DNA of 61,156 nt, the filler included, from Sluysia triapertura (Eukaryota), in assembly GCA_046118255.1 (NCBI GenBank). It is 4 parts of 4 records of this genome, joined end to end, with 100 filler letters (N's around TTAATTAATTAA, not from the genome) between each part and the next. Parts side by side here need not be neighbours in the genome. Positions count along the whole stretch, not along the records: positions 21,975 to 34,210 come from JBJNIA010126853.1; positions 34,311 to 49,205 come from JBJNIA010245098.1; 2 more parts are not named here. One strand, written 5' to 3'. Shown here piece by piece: positions 23,641-34,384 of this stretch (its first letter is position 1; each line of letters starts with the position of its first letter). The notes under the pieces were generated by a model that had not been told where the DNA came from, did not search any database, and saw only the letters and a program-made list of their open reading frames with translations. The position numbers and the translations under genes were made by a program.

Positions 23641-25653
23641 TCCCTACAAAGAGTAATAATACAAATAATTATAATAGTAATAAAAGATTCAACTGTATAT
23701 TGTAATATTTAAACGGTGTACAGAAGTGTAATTTAATTTTTTGTACGATTAATAATATAATAAATTATTTGTACATATGTATGCATATTTGTTTTAAAGA
23801 ATAAATGTAAGTGCTAAGAGTATTTTTAAACAATATTAAAAACGAAACTATAAAACTGACATTTTTGAAATAATAATAATTAAAACATTTGTACTTACAC
23901 ACCTTTATTCGAAAATGAGGCGCATTAAATAACCATCATCATCATTATTATATACGAATATATATGTTGTGTAAATTGATGAACGCTTAACAGATACTGA
24001 ATCATTATTATAATCAATTTATTCCACTTTAAGCGTTTATCATTCCACATCGAAGGTATCCCTTGATTATCGGAAAATTATGTGTCTGTGTTACACTGCT
24101 TGAAAAGTGGACAGATGTGAAGATGGAGCAACTTCATTTAATCTGATATAATTTAATTTTTAGTTTTAGATCAATATTGAAAAAACTATGTTAAAATTGT
24201 AAGATGCTTGGTAAATCTTGCGGCTAGTTATAGTCGACTTAGCTGGTCTTGGCCAGATTAAAACAAATTATTTTTATTATTTAATAAAACGAGATTTTAA
24301 AATTTATTTTTAAAAATACTAAAATTTATATTTAATTAATAATTTAAAAAGCACTTAAGTTAAAAATAATAATCCAATTAAAATATAAATTTAAGAATGC
24401 AAAAATTATAATTTGCAAGATACAAAATTACAAATATAGTTAAAATAAATATTAAAATCAATAAACGAATTAATGATAGTTATTCATAATCGTTTGTTAA
24501 ATCAAAAGTCATAATAATCATTGTACACAAAGTCATAATAATTACACAAAGTCATTATCTGCAATATAAAATTTTAATTTAATGATGTTGAGAAGATAAG
24601 GGGATTGTTTTACGGCAAATCCCATTAACTTTAGATAATTAAAAGGATGATGAAATTTGGCACGGACGGAAATTACTGTCGAAATTTAATCAGTGAAATT
24701 AGTCGGCTTATCATCGACTAAAAAGAATGAAAAGTTTTAATTTTCTTGTCCAATTTCCCAAATGATTGTTAAACTGCTATATAAACAGTCGTATTTTTGC
24801 AGAAAAATAGAGCAAAAACAAGACAATGGTAATGAAAGACAATAACGAAATTGAAAAGTTTTTATCTTTATGGACGCTTCTTCAATTCATCTGTGGAAAG
24901 CGGCGACATTGAGTTTTATTCTTTAGCAATCGTCTAAAATAGACACTTAAGGGGATATAAGAAAAAGGGTTAGTAACTTGTTTTATTCATTAAATTTTGG
25001 TTAATACGGGCGCCAACATTTATTTTATTTGAGTCGTGTCACCTCTGGTAGTGATTTTTTAATATTAACAGTTATAATTTTGAAGTTAATAATAAAAGAT
25101 GCTTTGTTATTAAAAAATAATTTATTTTATTTGTATAATAGAGGTGTATTATTATAAAAAAAATTTTCATTATATTACAAGTGTTTTATGCAAATTTTCT
25201 TACAAAATACCTAGAAGTTCGTTCGCCTAATAAACACGCCTTAAATCTATGAAGTAAATGTATTCTTTATATTCTTCAAAAACTTATTCGAAGTTAAACT
25301 TCTAATGGATAAGTTGAACTAACCGATTAAGTTTAAGCTAGCGATTATGTTCTTTTCCGGTCTAATCACAGACATGTTTAGATTCAAGTTTTTCATGTGC
25401 AATTTCAAAATTTCTTTGCAAACGCAAATAATAATGGTGTCAATATTCAGATTTTTATTTAAAAAGGATTAAATTTTACATTAAAATACAATAAACAATA
25501 AAAATTAAACAAAAATTAACAAAAAACGATAATTTATTAAAACAACAAAAACTTACTTAAAATAAAAAATGACTGTAAAAGTAAAACAATTTGTTTTTTA
25601 ATTATTTCAATACCAGTTTTAATTATTACAACATATAGATAAAACTATATATA

Positions 25654-26323
25654 CAGTATTCCTCTTCCTAACCGCCAAATTTTTAGTAAGTTTAAAAATT
25701 ATAATAGAAAACTCCTCCTAGCTGCCAGTTCTGTTAATCGCCACATTTTAAAAAAATATTTTAATGATTTATTTTTAATTTTATTGTTTATGAAAAATTT
25801 ATCATTGGTAAAACGAAAGTTAACTGTTGAAAAAATTGAAATTTTGAAGTACATTGAATCTTATTCAGTATATTCAGATAACAGAGTAGCAGATGTTTAA
25901 AAAAGAACTTTCAGAAGTACTATCAATGATATTAGAAGAAACAAGCATATTTTGATTCAAAGTGCTGTTCTTGTAATTTTAGAAGAATTTGAATTTGAAA
26001 GTAAAAATATTAAAGTAATTACTGGAGCTCAAGAAGTAGTGACATGTTAGATGATGATGAAACAGAATCATCAAATAATGACTTCCATGACGTGTTTCTA
26101 GAAAGTAATGTTATTCTGCTATTCAATTAATAAAAAAATACTTCGACCAGCCCGACATGTTATTGAAGGACTGAATTACAAGTCTCAGAAGTCTTGAAGA
26201 AGAATAAAACAATTGGATGACAACAAAATAAAATGTTCATTTGATTTTTCTTCTTTATTATATTTCTTATTAAAAAACTCCTAACCACATTTTTCCAATT
26301 CCCCAAAAGGAGGAGGAATACTG
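25654..26323 (+). mobile_element. Internally deleted Tigger/pogo element
   Basis: TA-flanked 16-bp TIRs CAGTATTCCTCTTCCT / AGGAGGAGGAATACTG with 1 mismatch. HTH remnant KRKLTVEKIEILKYIES. Confidence 0.88.
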
Positions 26324-27273
26324 TAGCAAAATTTAAAAATTTCGTTATTAATTATTATATATGTAATTGAAAAATTTCAAAATTTTGTTTAATTAATTTA
26401 TATATCGATGATGCGACATAGACAAACAGTAAATGGAATATAGATATACGCTAGCTGTATAAATGCATTCTGGCTCTTTTCTATGTGAATTAATTCCAAA
26501 TTATTGTTGAGTGTAAAGATATTTATATATAATTATGTATAGTTTATTTTAGAAAATAAGTAATAATATGATCTGTGATGAAAAGAAATATTCAAAGAAT
26601 GAAGTGTAAAGTAGACTAATAAGTTTAAAAATATAACAATTTCGATGTTTAAAAAATACTGTTACATGTTTTATTATTGACATTGTTATGAAAAGTGTGT
26701 ATTTTTGTTACAAATATTACTAAATACACCTATTAAAATTAAGCAATTAATTTATAGAAGATGACATTCCAAAAAATACTCAGTACCAGATCATGTCTTC
26801 ACACCACCACCATCAACAACACCAATTCAATCAATTTCATCGACATCCTTCAATGTAAAAATTCTTTTTCATTATGAATATTGCTAGAAATATTAACGAA
26901 AGATTTATTTGAATGTAAAACAGTAAAACAATGAAATTTTGGTTTTAATTTGATATATTTTGTACAAAGTACCACAAACTTACTTTTAAATTTGTCAATA
27001 GTTGATAAGAAAATTGTGTATCAATTTAAAAAATAAAAGTATAATATTTACTAGAAACGAAAAAATGTAAAACTTAAAAGAACAAAAATTTAGTTAAGTT
27101 TCATTTTGAATAAAATACAATGCTTATTAAATGTCAATTTTCGATTAGGAGAGAGTATTGTTATTTTTGTTGTTTTGAGCCTCAAAAATATTATACTTTA
27201 CATTTTTACTGTTTTCGAATTAATACATTAATTAATTTTCGATGATAAAAAATTTCACATAATACTATTATTG

Positions 27274-27673
27274 TTATAAATCAAATTCAGCTGATTCATC
27301 TAATTTCAACTGTTCAGAATCATCATTGTAATGTTTTCTAAAACGTTTCTGTTTCTTATTAAATTTTGCAAAGATATTACCAGATTGTTGATTAGTTCTT
27401 ATTTTAATATCATCTTCATCTTAATCATCCCCATCATTCATAGCGCATGATTCGGCACCAGGTAATGTTGAATCATCAGCATGCTCGTTGCTACAAATTA
27501 AACGCATATACTTGTATTCCAATCGTTTATTTTTCTTGTAACAATGAATGATAATACAAGTAAGAATTATCAAAATACATGTTGTAACACCGGTGGCAAT
27601 TAATGTTTTTATTGTAAAAAGAGGACATTTGACAATAATGGTCCCTTTGAAAGATTCATTAGTTCTGCAATAA
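27274..27673 (-). pseudogene. ELAPOR: Last exon of an ELAPOR1/2 (KIAA1324, UPF0577) homolog: TM helix and cytosolic tail, with an in-frame TAA at 27421-27423
   Basis: CYKKNKRLEYKYMRLI...LPGAESCAMNDGDD matches the family signature WKKNQKLEYKYSKLV...LPAADSCAIMEGED. The frame continues 48 codons past the TAA (DEDDIKI...IFAKF...EFDL*). Confidence 0.88.
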
Positions 27674-27859
27674 CTGAAAATGGAAAAAATGAATAAGATA
27701 AATATAATAAAATAATAAAAACAGCGCATTTCGAGGTGGCGAGAATAAATAGACTATGGGTCCCCAGTAAATAAAAAAGTGAACGTATAGTGTTGATGTG
27801 CGGATTTTCCTGAAACCAATAGTAATAAATTATTGCTTTATATATTAACATTTCTTATA

Positions 27860-28287
27860 ATGGGTTGGTGCATAAGTTCGTGTGATATTTTACAATTATG
27901 AAAATGCATACTGATCAAGAATAAAAACCATGCAAAAAATTACAGATAACAAAATAAATTTATTAGAAAAAAAATATTTCAGTCGATCACTTCCTTCCAC
28001 AGTTCATGCAGTTTGAAGAAGCTTGGTGATTTTTGGTCGAAAAATTATTCATTCCACATTGTTATTGCTTCTTCGTTTTCAAATGTGATACCAGAAGACA
28101 CCAGACATGGAGCGGAAATATAAAAGAAGTGGATGCCGGAAATTTTCATTTTTATCTACCTGACACTCCATTTTAATGAGGGTAATGAAAGTGAAAGTTA
28201 GTCTAAAATTAGTTTAAAATGGAAATAATAAGTTGATGTGTTTTCTTTTCAACAAATAAAACCACACGAATTTATGCACCAAGCTAA
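27860..28287 (-). mobile_element. Internally deleted mariner element
   Basis: TA-flanked 27-bp TIRs (..TTGGTGCATAA(G/A)TTCGTGTG). The minus strand keeps a transposase C-terminal remnant FENEEAITMWNE*FFDQKSPSFF..LWRKVID. Confidence 0.9.
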
Positions 28288-29249
28288 TAGTGTATTTTGT
28301 TTCTCTTTAATCGCCTAATTTCGAAATATAATATAATCAAGTTGATTTAGTATTTACATTGTGAGAGTAAATTTTTAACTTTAAGGTATATTTTTATAAT
28401 AATAATGTAATCTCATTCTATCTAAATTTAACAAGTATTAAATATGTATATCGAATATAAAATTTGTATTTATTAATAATAAGTATGTATATGTATAAGT
28501 AATAATAATATAATTCTTATGTAAAATATGCATGATAAGTAAAAATACCTTTAATCCAAATAATTTACAAGTTAAGAAATTTCTGAATTCTTTTTTTGGA
28601 ATTGTTATAATTAAAGAGGCTCATGGAGTTTTGAATAAATTATTAGAAGTTTTCAAATAATATGAAGAAACAACGTATTCTGAATTTGCTTTAAACCATT
28701 TTTATGCGATATAACTTATTTTAAATTTCAGTGTAACATTTATAAATTTTTTAAAGGCGAATTTTAAATGTTCTATATCTTATTGCTTTAGTAATTCTTA
28801 ATATCAACTTTTAAGAAATATTTTTCATAGATTTCAATGAGAAGATGTAATATTAAAAATAACATAGTGTTGCAACTTTGTAAACTGTTATAGATTTAAT
28901 TTACTTAAATGGAATCGCAATAATTTCAATATTCACTAGATAAAGTATAAATTTCACAAATTATTACTTATTTTAATAATGATATTTATTCAACCCAAAT
29001 ATTACAATTTTAAATCAAATTAATAGCAACTCAATAATTTAATAATTACAAAATTTATTTTGTTCCTTTTATTTCATCTATATGTAGAATTTTTAAGAAT
29101 ATAAAGAAAAGATCATGTTCAGTTTTTTGTTTTTAAAAGATTTCATGCGTTTTTTCATTAATAACAATAATAATAACAAGGTTATTGTCGTTATTATTAT
29201 TATTTTTACTATTAAATGTACGTTAATAATAAATTTTATTAAACTAGTT

Positions 29250-29318
29250 ACTGCCGTCATCAGTACTATCTGTGCTGATTAAAATTGTCATTAGAATGAC
29301 AACACTGATGACGATGGT
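29250..29318 (-). ncRNA. Putative hairpin, homolog of 15119-15187
   Basis: CGTCATCAGT/ACTGATGACG core, extended to ~17 bp by four G-U pairs on the minus strand. Confidence 0.4.
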
Positions 29319-29355
29319 TGTTTTGTCATCAATAACTAAAATTCAATTTTTATCA

Positions 29356-29408
29356 TCACCCAATCAGAGTGCAGATAATTCTCATATTTTTAAAACAATC
29401 TGATTGGG
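29356..29408. promoter_or_regulatory. Inverted CCAAT pair (second copy)
   Basis: TCACCCAATCAGAGTGC ... TCTGATTGGG. An ATG at 29434 lies ~25 nt downstream. Confidence 0.65.
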
Positions 29409-29433
29409 CAGTCTAAGATAGACACAAGTGTGA

Positions 29434-31002
29434 ATGCACAATAAGAATTTTTATGAACAAAAAATTAATTCAATTAAAAACCAGACAATCAAAAAATTTT
29501 AAAAAGCCAGACAACAAGTTAAAAGCGAGAGAGATTAAAAATTTCAATTTCCATTATTAAGAAAAACGTGGATATGTATCATTTACTTCGAAAGATGCAG
29601 AACTCATGAAAAAGAAATTAGTTAAACAATATAGTGCAAACAAATGTTGTTCAAACTTATCAACGTGTTTCTTACATTCTAACAAAAAGTGTTTTGATTC
29701 AAATCTGAAATGGTATCAATTTTCAAATGGTAAACCTCTTTGTAATAGTTGTATGAATAAAATAACATCATCTTTCAATTATGATACACAGTGTCAAGAA
29801 ATAATGAATGGGAAAAAGGAATGGATTACGAAGACACATGATAACAGTTCGATTAATGATTTCATTTCTAATAAGTTATTGTCTATTTGGTGTCGATGTG
29901 CTCAGTGCAGAAAATGGAGACAAGTTAGTCTGTTCGTAAAAATAATGCCTACAGAATTAGATAACTTCTCATGTAGTTTTATAATAAAACATACCAAAGA
30001 TCCTGGTAAAGTGGTGGAAGATAAAAGGATTTAGTATATAAATTCAAATTTAAAAAGTTTTCGTTTCCTTTAGTTTATAAATTACCGTTAATTGATTTAA
30101 TTAATTTAGATGTTCTAAGAAAATACTTTACTGTCGACAGAAAGTACATTGATCTTTTTCATAGATTAGAGTATGATAATTTAGTTAAAATGTTTGTACA
30201 AAAGACCAATCTGTTTGATAAAAATGTATTACCAAAGGCTAAATCAAGGAGATTAAAATTACAAAAGATTAATTATGAAGAAATTGAAGAGAGTGCAAAA
30301 GGCTCGATGTTCATCAATGAAGCGATAGAGAATTTTAGCAAGTATAGATGCAATTATGAAAAGTTGATTACATTATATGCCGATAATGTTACTCAAACAC
30401 TTTCCACAAACTGTGTCCTTCAATATAGATTATCATTTTATGATTCAATTCGACCTATTCCTGTCATGTTGAAAATTCATTATTTCACTATGTCGTTAAA
30501 CGAAGACATGATACCAACTATTGAGTCTGTTTATTTAATTTTAGTTACACTTGATTCTGTTAGTTTTAAAATTATACATCTACATGATTATTTTTTAGTT
30601 GAGAACCAACCACTCTGGATCAATGATTTGCAACGAGAAGATCACAGCAAATGCGAGGTCGAAATTTCACGAGTGAATAAGATCAATAAACTGTTTTCCC
30701 AAGTTAATCTAGTCAAATTTTTTAGTTATGTAATAAATTATCATTATAGTGTTGTTGCAATTATAATTGATCATTTCAGTATTAAGTTTTCTAAAGTATC
30801 ATCAAGAATGACACATAAATTCAAATCAAATCTTAATACACATTTTAAAATCTTTTATTTTGTTCTTAAATCGAGAAAGTGTCGTATAATCTATAGGATA
30901 AATAAAGTTAAACAATTATTAAAATCAGAAAAAGATTTCATAAAGTTAATTCCGATTTTTCACGCACATAAGATTATTCTGTTAAACCAGAACCAAGTTT
31001 AG
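29434..31002 (+). pseudogene. Intronless gene with a KDM1B/LSD2-type zinc finger + zf-CW domain fused to an unknown C-terminal region; disrupted
   Basis: TCFLHSNKKCFDSNLKWYQFSNGKPLCNSC...KKEW...FISNKLLSIWCRCAQCRKWRQV parallels the LSD2 N-terminus (CF....C......WYH...GEHFCNEC...W...F.....L.YWVQC...CRKWRQL). One extra A at ~30025 would join it to the frame of ORF 30190-31002, which is open from 30025. One frameshift and one stop lie upstream of 29606. Confidence 0.75.
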
Positions 31003-32505
31003 AAAGAGTTATTCACGAAACAAATTCATTATTCAAATATAAGCACTGTATAATAAATTTAAGTTTTAAATTGAATATTAATAATGACAACAAGCCCTCA
31101 AGTAGAAACAAACCTACAGAGCTATATATTGGACCTCTATTAAATTCTTTTTAAAATACTATTTTACAGCATATTTCTCGGCCACATACCCCATATCATT
31201 AAATGTTGTAAATCTTATTTAAATATTACTAGCGATAAGGACTTTAACTTATCTCCAAATAAGATTCTCCCAAATTTGTTTATTATTATTATTATCGACG
31301 TGCTGGATTGTATTGTTCTCGTAAAAATATAATTCGGTTATTTCAAGATTTTTAAAATTTTTTCTGTGTACTACAAAAATTTCCGGCCTTTTATACGTTT
31401 TTAATTGACATGTGTTCATGTGCTTTATTTAATTTAAATATTAGATTTTCTATTTAATTGATTTTAAAGGTTTTTTAGGTAAATTGTAGTCTTGTTCAGA
31501 TAATATTGAATATTTAACTTGTGTGAGTAAAGATATTTCTGGAATATTCCAATTACTCATAAAAATATATTTAAAGATATAAACATAAAACCAATAATGA
31601 TTTTAAGAAAATAGCAAATAACTTTGTAGTTTGGCACTCCGTACAACACAATAAAACCAATTTTTAAAGCCACTAAGTATAGCAATAGAAAATTTGATTG
31701 GTTTACATGGAAATTGTATTACGATAGGTGATGAAGAAAATTCAACGAAAATTCGAGTGAAATTGCCGAACTGTGGATTAGGAGATGAGTGAGAAACAAA
31801 AGGAACTATAAAGTGAAAGAATAAGTTATTTAAAGTGATGGATAGAACTTTATAAACATTGTAAAAGTAAGAATTATTAAGATGAAAAAATTTATTGCAA
31901 TGTTGGCAGCTGAAGAATACCTTGGAGTTCCAAAGACTAATAGTATTGAGGCCTTATAGAAGCTTGAGATGGATTTGGAAAACTTGTAGAAGCATTAAGG
32001 TATCTTTGAACTTCTGATGCTTGAAATCAAGATTTTTAGTAACCTTATTGAGTAGTTGAACGCTTTAAAATATTTGAGAAGAAAAATCATTGTTACTAAT
32101 AATTAAGATAAATTTGATACGTTAGTAATTTACATAGAAAAGGAATCCGAGTGGTGAAAGCATCTAGAACCTTCTGAGTACTTTTTAAAGTATTAAACCC
32201 TTTTAGAACATTAATAAAACCTTTAAACATAAAGATTAACCTTAATAAAAATCTTAATTAAGAAAAAGTACGTTTTTGTGAATAAAGTTTGAATGTACAG
32301 TGCTGCGTTAAAGTAGCAACTGGGTGTGCATTTGTTTTAAAAAGACTTTTCGATGAGGTATGGTTTGATGGAGTTCGTGCAAAGAAGGCCTTAATATTGA
32401 GTCAAATCAAATTTTAATTAATTTTTAATTGTGGAATATTGAATTTTTAATACTTAGAATGACGGAAATATAATTAATTGAATATTAGATGATTGCTATG
32501 AAAAA

Positions 32506-33004
32506 GGAGAATCTAAAATTGAGTTTGAAATTTCTTTTTGAGGATACGAACCTTAAACATTTTTCATTTGAAAATTGTGTGTGAAAAATCAAAAATCAAT
32601 TAAATTCAAAAAACTAAAATTAAATTCATTATTTTATATGTTTGAGATTAAGAAGTTTGCTCATAAAGATAGGTTTAGACTTGCAAAAATTTTTTATTTT
32701 TAATGAAAATATTAGGAGATTTATTTGTCGACTTTTTACTTCTTAACTTTAGCTTATTTTTATTTGTTTCATGAATTACAACTTTAATCTTATTCCCAAT
32801 TTACTTTTGTTTAGTCCATTTTGTTTCAATTCAAGTTTAATGTTTAGAAACGAACTATGAAATAGGAGAATCAGAAATGAGGTTGAAATGTTTGTGAAAT
32901 GGTTTGTTTGAAAATGAGAATCTTAAACATTTTCCATTAAAAAATTGAGTGTGAGGAATTAAAATTAATTAAATGTAAAAACTTGAGTTAAATTCATTAT
33001 TTTT
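32506..33004 (+). repeat. Direct repeat pair of ~135 bp (32506-32636 and 32863-33004)
   Basis: aggagaatc...cttaaacattt...aaattg(t/a)gtgtga...ttaaattcattatttt occurs twice. Confidence 0.8.
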
Positions 33005-33408
33005 AAGTATGTCAATAATAAAAATAATTGTTATTTTAATGTAAGTGATTCATGAAAAAATAGATCGAGTAAAGTAGAAGAAAATTGGGAGGTGATTGTT
33101 AATCGAATTGTTTTGCTTTGTTGTTTTATAAAAAGTTATAAAATTTGACACTGTAGTAATTAATTTTGTAATTAATCTGTAATTGTTGGTCGAGTAATTA
33201 ATTTCTAAATAATTATTAAACGATAACCAACTGTTAATCTAATTATAGGAAATTATATTCGTACTTTGTTAAAGAATATTTTGTAAAGTTCTATGAATCA
33301 TCAAGTTAAAAATTATAGAAGGGTGTTAAGTATCTCGAACGTAATTATGATATCAGAATAGCTTATCTAAAATAACAATTAAGAAGTTATTAAAGAATAA
33401 CACGTACA

Positions 33409-33564
33409 TTGCATCTAAGTAGTGAGGAATTCTTCGCGTAGCATTTTGGCATTAAAAAGAAAAAAACCTGTGGGTACGTCTTTCACGTAATATAAATCGT
33501 ACATCACAGACGGACCCACGAGTTTAATAATCTTATAATAGTTGCAAACTTAAAAAAGTTGAAC
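33409..33564 (+). repeat. ~150-bp dispersed repeat (copy of 2040-2190)
   Basis: See 2040-2190. Confidence 0.85.
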
Positions 33565-33673
33565 AGACTTTTAGTAAAAGCAATGATCAATTTTATTTAT
33601 CTTTAATGTCAGATTGGGACTCAGATGCAGTCACACTAACAGCTCTAATTCTATATTAAAATTTAAATCAAAT

Positions 33674-34210
33674 ATGAAAATTGATAAAGAATTTAAAAAA
33701 TGGGATATTTTAGCTCCCGATGAAACATCATTAGAGTTAAAAAATAATGTTAATAGTGAAAGTATCCTAAATATTGTAAAATAAAATTATTCCGATAACT
33801 TAGATTATAGTAAAGGATTCTTTTATAATTTCTTTTATAAATTTTGTCAACACTCGGCAAAGATATTTAATTTATTTCATGAAAAGTTTGTATATGAACG
33901 TATTCAAAGTATACATGTCTCGTATTATTATCAGGTACCTTCACATTTGTTTGTTGAAAATGTCATACAAAATTCTATGCACAAAAATCTGGATCACTTG
34001 GGTAAAGGACTAATACAATATCTTTCAGATATGTCTTATAAGTGTTTCATCAACAAGGTCATTACATGAAGAAATAGTTCTACGTCAGAAGTTGTTTTAC
34101 TCTGTCTGAATCAAAGAGATCATAATTTTATCGTCAATATAATTAATCATGTAAATTTACATCGAAATTTTAATAAAAGCAACATAAGCAAATCTACAGC
34201 TGGTTATATT
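33674..34210 (+). pseudogene. Decayed intronless orphan gene running into the gap
   Basis: MKIDKEFKKWDILAPDE... reads ~130 codons with a single internal TAA. A TCAGATTGGG (reverse CCAAT) lies at 33609. Confidence 0.4.
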
Positions 34211-34310
34211 NNNNNNNNNNNNNNNNNNNNNNNNNNNNNNNNNNNNNNNNNNNNTTAATTAATTAANNNNNNNNNNNNNNNNNNNNNNNNNNNNNNNNNN
34301 NNNNNNNNNN
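34211..34310. other. Assembly gap with six-frame-stop linker
   Basis: N44-TTAATTAATTAA-N44. Confidence 0.98.

Positions 34311-34382
<72 letters not shown>
34311..34382. repeat. (AAT)n microsatellite
   Basis: Perfect AAT run at the contig start. Confidence 0.97.

Positions 34383-34384
<2 letters not shown>

Noticed and set aside
30015-30034. Programmed -1 ribosomal frameshift joining the zinc-finger ORF to the next ORF
   Set aside because: There is no clear X XXY YYZ slippery heptamer or downstream structure, and the gene has other lesions. A 1-nt deletion or read error is simpler.
31620-32200. Possible PBS and gag remnant of another LTR element
   Set aside because: Too degraded to show a diagnostic motif or LTR pair.
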